In this document: one piece after another, positions 58,517-64,000 of the stretch
How positions within the stretch are numbered: position 1 is the stretch's first letter
How the letters are laid out: each line of letters starts with the position of its first letter
Origin: a virus
DNA length: 64,000 bases
Direction: 5' to 3' (one strand)
IMG/VR virus record: IMGVR_UViG_3300044617_001156
Translations under genes and position numbers: made by a program
The notes under the pieces: model-generated
The model's input: only the letters and a program-made list of their open reading frames with translations
Told to the model about the DNA's origin: nothing
Databases searched by the model: none

Positions 58517-59284
58517 ATGGCAAAAGGATTTACAGTAAAAGCAGCATCCCCTAAGGCATCAGAAGCTGATTGGGATTATGATGCTATCAAAGAACGAATG
58601 AGAGGTAAGAGTATTGTCTTCTGTCTACCAGGACGTGGATGTTCTTTTATTTTTCTCAAAGCATTCGTACAACTTTGCTTTGATATGGTACAAAATGGAA
58701 TGAGTATTCAGATTTCTCAGGATTACTCATCAATGGTAAACTTTGCACGTTGTAAAGTATTAGGTGCAAATGTTCTAAGGGGACCGAAGCAAATTCCCTG
58801 GGATGGTAAACTGCAATATGATTATCAACTTTGGATTGACTCGGATATTGTCTTCACCACAGAAAAGTTCTGGCAACTCTGTGATCTTGCTCTGAATGAA
58901 GAAGGAGAGGATAAAGAGGTTGTTGCTGGTTGGTATGCCACAGAAGATGGTCACACGACCTCAGTAGCACACTGGTTGGAAGAAGATGACTTCCGTAAGA
59001 ATGGTGGAGTGATGAATCATGAAACCGTTGATTCTATTTCAAAGCGCAGAAAGCCTTTCACAGTTGACTACACTGGTTTTGGATGGGTACTGATTAAAAA
59101 TGGTGTCTTCGAGAATCTTGAATACCCTTGGTTTGCTCCTAAGATGCAAGTCTTTGAATCTGGTGCAGTTCAGGATATGTGTGGTGAAGATGTTTCATTC
59201 TGTCTTGATGCAATTGAGAAAGGATTTAAGATCTGGTGCGACCCTCGTATTAGAGTTGGTCATGAAAAAACTCGTGTAATCTAA
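58517..59284 (+). CDS. GT-A-like (glycosyltransferase-fold) conserved cyanophage protein
   Basis: WIDSDI, TGFGWVLI, GEDVSFC and VGHEK motifs; promoter TTGACA-17-TAAAAT at 58465-58493. Confidence 0.7.
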   Translation: MAKGFTVKAASPKASEADWDYDAIKERMRGKSIVFCLPGRGCSFIFLKAFVQLCFDMVQNGMSIQISQDYSSMVNFARCKVLGANVLRGPKQIPWDGKLQYDYQLWIDSDIVFTTEKFWQLCDLALNEEGEDKEVVAGWYATEDGHTTSVAHWLEEDDFRKNGGVMNHETVDSISKRRKPFTVDYTGFGWVLIKNGVFENLEYPWFAPKMQVFESGAVQDMCGEDVSFCLDAIEKGFKIWCDPRIRVGHEKTRVI

Positions 59285-59434
59285 TGAAATACTACGATAT
59301 CTTATATAAAGGTCGTAGAATCTATCAGAACCTCACTCTAGACGCTTGTAGTGAGGTTCTACAAGGTCTCTCAGAACGTTATGTCTCGGGAGATGACATT
59401 GATCCTAATTTAATTGAACTGGAGGAAATTTCAA

Positions 59435-59575
59435 ATGTCTAAAGGTGGAGGCAATAAGACTTTATTTGAAGCTGGAGCGCCAAAGAAAACTCGTCAAGGA
59501 CGTTCTGCTCGTACTTTACTATCAGCAACGTCTCGCAATGGACGTAAAAAGAAGTATCGCGGTCAAGGAAAATAA
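59435..59575 (+). CDS. Small basic protein (46 aa; not in track)
   Basis: GGAGG RBS; MSKGG...PKKTRQG...KKYRGQGK. Confidence 0.7.
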   Translation: MSKGGGNKTLFEAGAPKKTRQGRSARTLLSATSRNGRKKKYRGQGK

Positions 59576-59620
59576 TATAGATAGGGCAGGAAGAAATTCC
59601 TGCTTTTTTAGTATTTTTTT

Positions 59621-60340
59621 ATGGCATACTTAAATCATAATCTTCCGACAATTACTTGCTACATTCGTAATGAATTCCTTTTTAATCATAAAAAAGGTCA
59701 TGGTGAGGTAACTTTATGTGACGTTCACTCTGTAGCATCCCTAGAGAAGCACGTACCGCTCTTTGAGGCGTTTCTTGAGAATGGGGTGAACTGGACTCGT
59801 AGACCAATTCATGCATTTTGTTGGAAACCTGATGCGCCAACACCTAGATTAGAAGAATGTATGTGGTGGGATTGCTTTTCTCCTTATGTTGATGTTCAAG
59901 TTCGTTCAAGACTTGCTAACTTACGCGCTGAATTGATCAATTATCGTGGAGAAAAGAATGAAGGAACTTACATGTTCACTCTTGACTGGTCATGGGAGTC
60001 AAAATCTACACTGAATACTAACTTTAGTGAGACTCCGGAGCATAAATGTGCTCATTTTTTCAAAATGGATAATGGAAATTTCTATGCATACCCTAATAAT
60101 AAGATACTGTGGTATGACGATGCATGGACTAAGAATAGAATTACCAAAAATCCAGGTTATGAAATAGATTTAACCGAATATTCTGTCGAAAATCGTCGCA
60201 AAATAGAGACATCTGATGATTTTATGTACGAAATTACAAATATTCGGGATAGCAACCCCGTAAAAAGTTCTGATTTTAACGAATCAGGAGCAAACAATGA
60301 CCAAGAAAGTAGACAAAGACCAAAATTTCATGAAAAATGA
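59621..60340 (+). CDS. Conserved hypothetical protein
   Basis: MAYLNHNLP, WDCFS, YMFTLDW and EHKC.H motifs. Confidence 0.75.
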   Translation: MAYLNHNLPTITCYIRNEFLFNHKKGHGEVTLCDVHSVASLEKHVPLFEAFLENGVNWTRRPIHAFCWKPDAPTPRLEECMWWDCFSPYVDVQVRSRLANLRAELINYRGEKNEGTYMFTLDWSWESKSTLNTNFSETPEHKCAHFFKMDNGNFYAYPNNKILWYDDAWTKNRITKNPGYEIDLTEYSVENRRKIETSDDFMYEITNIRDSNPVKSSDFNESGANNDQESRQRPKFHEK

Positions 60341-60551
60341 GTGGGGAACTGAGTATTTGTCAAGTGAATATGGATGGGAGACTCAAATTTACAAACAAAA
60401 AATGCTTCGTGAGATAGCAAATGATGAATTAACTCCAAAAAAACATGATTTTTATCACCAAAATGAAATTCATGAAAGAATTCGTAATGATCAAGATTAT
60501 GATGACTGGGAATATGGAACTGAACCTCTTTATGAGTCAAAACCACTCTAA
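60297..60551 (+). CDS. Hypothetical protein
   Basis: AGGAG RBS; immediately upstream of gp25. Confidence 0.6.
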   Translation: MTKKVDKDQNFMKNEWGTEYLSSEYGWETQIYKQKMLREIANDELTPKKHDFYHQNEIHERIRNDQDYDDWEYGTEPLYESKPL

Positions 60552-60575
60552 ATAAGATATACTTGCATATGAAAT

Positions 60576-60977
60576 ATGCCTCTAGAGAGGATAAGTAAAG
60601 GGTTTAAAGATATTAGTATGACTTTCCAATCAAATCCTTTAAATCGGGATTTGATTGGAATTAAAAATGAGACTGCAATTGCAAGATCTGTGAAAAATCT
60701 TGTCCTTTCTTCTCAAGGAGAAAAGTTTTTTAATTCTAGTTTTGGTACGGGAGTATCAAAACTTCTTTTTGAAAATATTGATGAAATGACTGCATCAATC
60801 ATAAAGGATGAAATCACATATGTTCTTAGTACATATGAACCTAGAATTCAAATTATGGAGGTGACAGTAAGCCCAAATTATGATGAGAATGAATTTGCAA
60901 CTACAATACAGTATAAAATTGTTGGAATAGATGTACTTCCTCAGCAATTATCATTTGCATTACAACCAGCAAGATAA
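60576..60977 (+). CDS. gp25: Baseplate wedge subunit gp25
   Basis: FKDIS..F..NP, AIARSVKNLV, GEKFF..FG and YEPRI motifs; late promoter CTAAATA at 60548-60554. Confidence 0.92.
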   Translation: MPLERISKGFKDISMTFQSNPLNRDLIGIKNETAIARSVKNLVLSSQGEKFFNSSFGTGVSKLLFENIDEMTASIIKDEITYVLSTYEPRIQIMEVTVSPNYDENEFATTIQYKIVGIDVLPQQLSFALQPAR

Positions 60978-62888
60978 ATGGCACTAGTAAACTTTACAAA
61001 TTTAGATTTTGATCAGATAAAAGTATCTTTAAAGGAATACTTAAGATCAAATTCGAACTTTACGGATTATGATTTTGAAGGATCCAATCTTTCAACTATC
61101 ATAGATCTTTTGGCGTATAATACATATATTTCCTCATATAATGCTAACATGGTTAGTAATGAGGTTTTTATTGATAGTGCAACACTAAGAGAAAATGTTG
61201 TTTCTCTCGCTCGTAATATTGGATATGTTCCTAGATCTAGAACTTCTGCTAGAGCTAATATTTCTTTCTTTGTAGATACTAGTACCTTTAGTACAAATCC
61301 AATTACTTTAACTTTAAAGAGAGGAGTTGTTTGTACGTCAAACTTTGCTTTTGGTGATGTAAATTATACGTTTTCGATACAGAATGATGTCACTGTTCCT
61401 GTAGTAAACAATATTGCACTTTTTGATAATGTGGAGATTTACGAAGGTTCTTTCGTTACTGCAAATTTCACTGTTGATTCTAATAATCCAAATCAAAAAT
61501 ATACTTTAGAAAATGCTAATATTGATACTTCTTCATTATCTGTAGCAGTAAGAAATACAGAATCAAGTTCTGTTATTAGAAATTTTGTTTTTTCTGATAG
61601 TATTCTAAATGTAACTTCTAATTCTAATGTATTCTTCATTCAAGAAGTTGAAGATCAGAGATATGAATTAATTTTTGGTGATGGGGTATTTGGTAAAAAA
61701 TTAGATAATTTAAATTACATTGAAGCATCTTACATAATTACAAATGGAGAATCTGGAAATGGTGTAAGTGACTTTAGATTTGCTGGTAGATTAGTTGATA
61801 ATAATGGCAGAGTTGTTACTGATGGAATATCTTTAGTTACAACAAACGTAATATCGAGAAGTGGTAAAGAAATTGAATCTGTAGAATCTATTAAAAAATA
61901 TGCCCCTAGGATATATGCATCTCAAAATAGAGCAGTAACTGCAAATGATTATGAAAGTATAATTCCAAAAATATATCCAGAAACTGAATCAATATCGGTC
62001 TATGGTGGAGAAGATCTTAATCCACCGAGATATGGTAGAGTCTTTATTAGCATTAAACCTTTTAATGGTCCTTTTGTATCCAGTCAAGTAAAGGATAATA
62101 TAGTAAAACTTTTAAGGAAGTATAGTGTTGCCGGGATTGTTCCGGAGATAGTAGATCTAAAATATCTTTATGTTGAATTTGACACTACAATTTACTATAA
62201 CACTAATCTTGCTTCGTCTGCAGATAACGTAAGAAGCATTGTAAGTCAGAATATAACCAGGTATGCAGACTCCAGTGAACTTAATAGATATGGTGCTAGA
62301 TTTAAATATAGTAAATTTTTGAAAGTAATTGATGAAAGTAATAATGCTATTACATCAAATATTACAAAAATTAAAATGAGAAGAGATTTGTTCCCTCTCA
62401 TAAATCAATTTGCTGACTATGAGATATGTTTCGGGAATGAGTTTCATATAAAAGACCGTAATGGATTTAATATTAAATCATCTGGATTTAAGGTAAATGG
62501 TCTAGCAGATACTTTGTATATGACTGATATACCTGATTCTAATTTAAGAACTGGTAGAATTATTATTTTTAGACCCACATCACAAACTGAATTCGTGACT
62601 GTAGCATCAAATGCAGGAACAATAAATTATCAAAAAGGTGAAATTATTTTGTCTCCTATTGATTTCAGAGAAACTAGTAAAATTACTGGAGAAAATCCAG
62701 TTATAGAAATATCTGCAATTCCTAAGTCTAATGATATCATCGGATTACAGGATCTTTATTTGCAGATAGATATTAATAACAGTACTTTAAATACTGTCTC
62801 TGATGAAATTTCTTCGGGTGCCGATATATCAGGCACATCATATACAGTAACATCAAGCTACGAAAACGGAAATCTTGTAAGATCATAA
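60978..62888 (+). CDS. gp6: Baseplate wedge subunit gp6
   Basis: LDFDQIK, FTDYDFEGS, LAYNTY, FGDGVFG and QNRAVTA.DY motifs. Confidence 0.95.
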   Translation: MALVNFTNLDFDQIKVSLKEYLRSNSNFTDYDFEGSNLSTIIDLLAYNTYISSYNANMVSNEVFIDSATLRENVVSLARNIGYVPRSRTSARANISFFVDTSTFSTNPITLTLKRGVVCTSNFAFGDVNYTFSIQNDVTVPVVNNIALFDNVEIYEGSFVTANFTVDSNNPNQKYTLENANIDTSSLSVAVRNTESSSVIRNFVFSDSILNVTSNSNVFFIQEVEDQRYELIFGDGVFGKKLDNLNYIEASYIITNGESGNGVSDFRFAGRLVDNNGRVVTDGISLVTTNVISRSGKEIESVESIKKYAPRIYASQNRAVTANDYESIIPKIYPETESISVYGGEDLNPPRYGRVFISIKPFNGPFVSSQVKDNIVKLLRKYSVAGIVPEIVDLKYLYVEFDTTIYYNTNLASSADNVRSIVSQNITRYADSSELNRYGARFKYSKFLKVIDESNNAITSNITKIKMRRDLFPLINQFADYEICFGNEFHIKDRNGFNIKSSGFKVNGLADTLYMTDIPDSNLRTGRIIIFRPTSQTEFVTVASNAGTINYQKGEIILSPIDFRETSKITGENPVIEISAIPKSNDIIGLQDLYLQIDINNSTLNTVSDEISSGADISGTSYTVTSSYENGNLVRS

Positions 62889-62889
62889 A

Positions 62890-64000
62890 ATGACCGAGAG
62901 CAGAATCAAAATTAGTTCCATTGTTGAAAATCAACTTCCTGATTATGTAAAGGAAGAATTTCCGCTAGTTTCGGAATTTCTTTCGCAGTACTATCAAGCA
63001 ATAGAAAATCAAGGAAGCACACTTGATATTCTACAGAATATTGATCGTTATGTAAAAGTTGATAACTTAACTAATCTAACTGATTCTACTCAGACAACAT
63101 CTGATGTTTCGTTGTTTGATACGACAATTAATGTTGAAAGCACCTATGGATTTCCTGATTCATATGGTTTAATTATGATTGACAATGAAATTATTACATA
63201 TAAAGGTAAAACCGCTACATCGTTTACTGAATGTGTAAGAGGATTTGTTGGAATTGAAGAATATTATAATAATGATCAATTAAAGTTTTCTGATACAAAC
63301 GTAGAGACGCATTCAAACGGATCTGTAGTTGAAAATTTAAGTATTCTTTTCCTAAAAGAGTTTTTTAATAAAGTTAAAACTCAGGTCACACCTGGATTTG
63401 AAGATCGATCTTTAAATTCCGAAATTAATCAAGGACTTTTTATTAAACAGTCTAACGATTTTTATTCGTCAAAAGGAACAGCACACTCCTTTGAAATTCT
63501 TTTTAGAGCTTTATATGGTAAGGATGTTGAAGTTATTCTTCCTAGGGATTTTCTCATCCAACCTTCGGATGCTCAATATAGAATTACAAAAGATCTTGTA
63601 GTTGAAGCGATTGAAGGCGATCCATCAGACCTAGTAAACCTGACATTATATCAAGATTCAATCTATAATATTCCCGAGTCTAGGGGTACAATATCAAATG
63701 TAGAGAAAATTATTCGTGGAGATAAGGAATATTACGTAATTAGTTTAGATTTTGGTTACGATAACTTAAATGAAACTGGTCTTACTCTTGGAGATTTTAC
63801 TGTACATCCAAGAACCAGAAACATAGTAGATATTGCTTCTGGTTCTGATACTCTTACTGTAGATTCTACTTTAGGATTTCCATCTTCTGGTGTTTTAGTA
63901 GTAAATTTAGAAAATGGTACGCAGTTATCAGTTAACTATGAATCTAAATCATCGACACAGTTTCATGGTTGCATTGGAATAACACAAGATATTTCAAAAA
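62890..64000 (+). CDS. gp7: Baseplate wedge protein (gp7-like), 3'-truncated by the window edge
   Basis: ATG at 62890, MTESRIKISSIVENQLPDYVKEEFP..., later FYSSKGT..SF.ILFRALYG; follows gp6. Confidence 0.7.
   Translation, partial: MTESRIKISSIVENQLPDYVKEEFPLVSEFLSQYYQAIENQGSTLDILQNIDRYVKVDNLTNLTDSTQTTSDVSLFDTTINVESTYGFPDSYGLIMIDNEIITYKGKTATSFTECVRGFVGIEEYYNNDQLKFSDTNVETHSNGSVVENLSILFLKEFFNKVKTQVTPGFEDRSLNSEINQGLFIKQSNDFYSSKGTAHSFEILFRALYGKDVEVILPRDFLIQPSDAQYRITKDLVVEAIEGDPSDLVNLTLYQDSIYNIPESRGTISNVEKIIRGDKEYYVISLDFGYDNLNETGLTLGDFTVHPRTRNIVDIASGSDTLTVDSTLGFPSSGVLVVNLENGTQLSVNYESKSSTQFHGCIGITQDISK

Noticed and set aside
59445-59633. Track ORF of 62 aa
   Set aside because: The overlapping frame 59435-59575 has an ATG, a GGAGG RBS and a coherent basic sequence, and is preferred.
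1-64000. tRNA/rRNA genes, integrase or transposase
   Set aside because: No cloverleaf, rRNA-like tract or recombinase motif was recognised by eye; a tRNAscan/Infernal run would be needed to exclude them formally.

Overview
This is a 64-kb segment of a T4-like cyanophage (myovirus). That call is inferred from the gp25/gp6/gp7 baseplate genes, T4-type late promoters (ATAAATA/CTAAATA) and a cyanophage-style gene content; no database search was run. It has three zones. (1) 1-34.1 kb is a tail-fibre/adhesin island: modular fibre genes, five paralogous six-bladed repeat proteins and three glycine-rich tip proteins, interleaved with 7 2OG-Fe(II) oxygenases, 2 glycosyltransferases, 2 sulfotransferases and a radical SAM enzyme, largely under late promoters. 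(2) 34.1-57.8 kb is an early/accessory region of small ORFs. It is punctuated by 13 copies of a 28-bp TGGGCCC...AAAGTGTCC...TARTRT element and 6 related long promoters, and contains a DUF262-like protein, HNH nuclease, deaminase, SF2 helicase, an endonuclease-methyltransferase pair and a cluster of DnaA boxes. (3) 57.8-64 kb is a non-coding hinge followed by conserved genes and the baseplate wedge. The best candidates for undescribed biology are a proline-directed hydroxylation/glycosylation/sulfation system for shuffled virion adhesins, the 28-bp gene-boundary element (non-sigma70 promoter or cassette site), and an oriC-like DnaA-box cluster in a lytic phage. No tRNA, rRNA, CRISPR array, integrase or reverse transcriptase was recognised.
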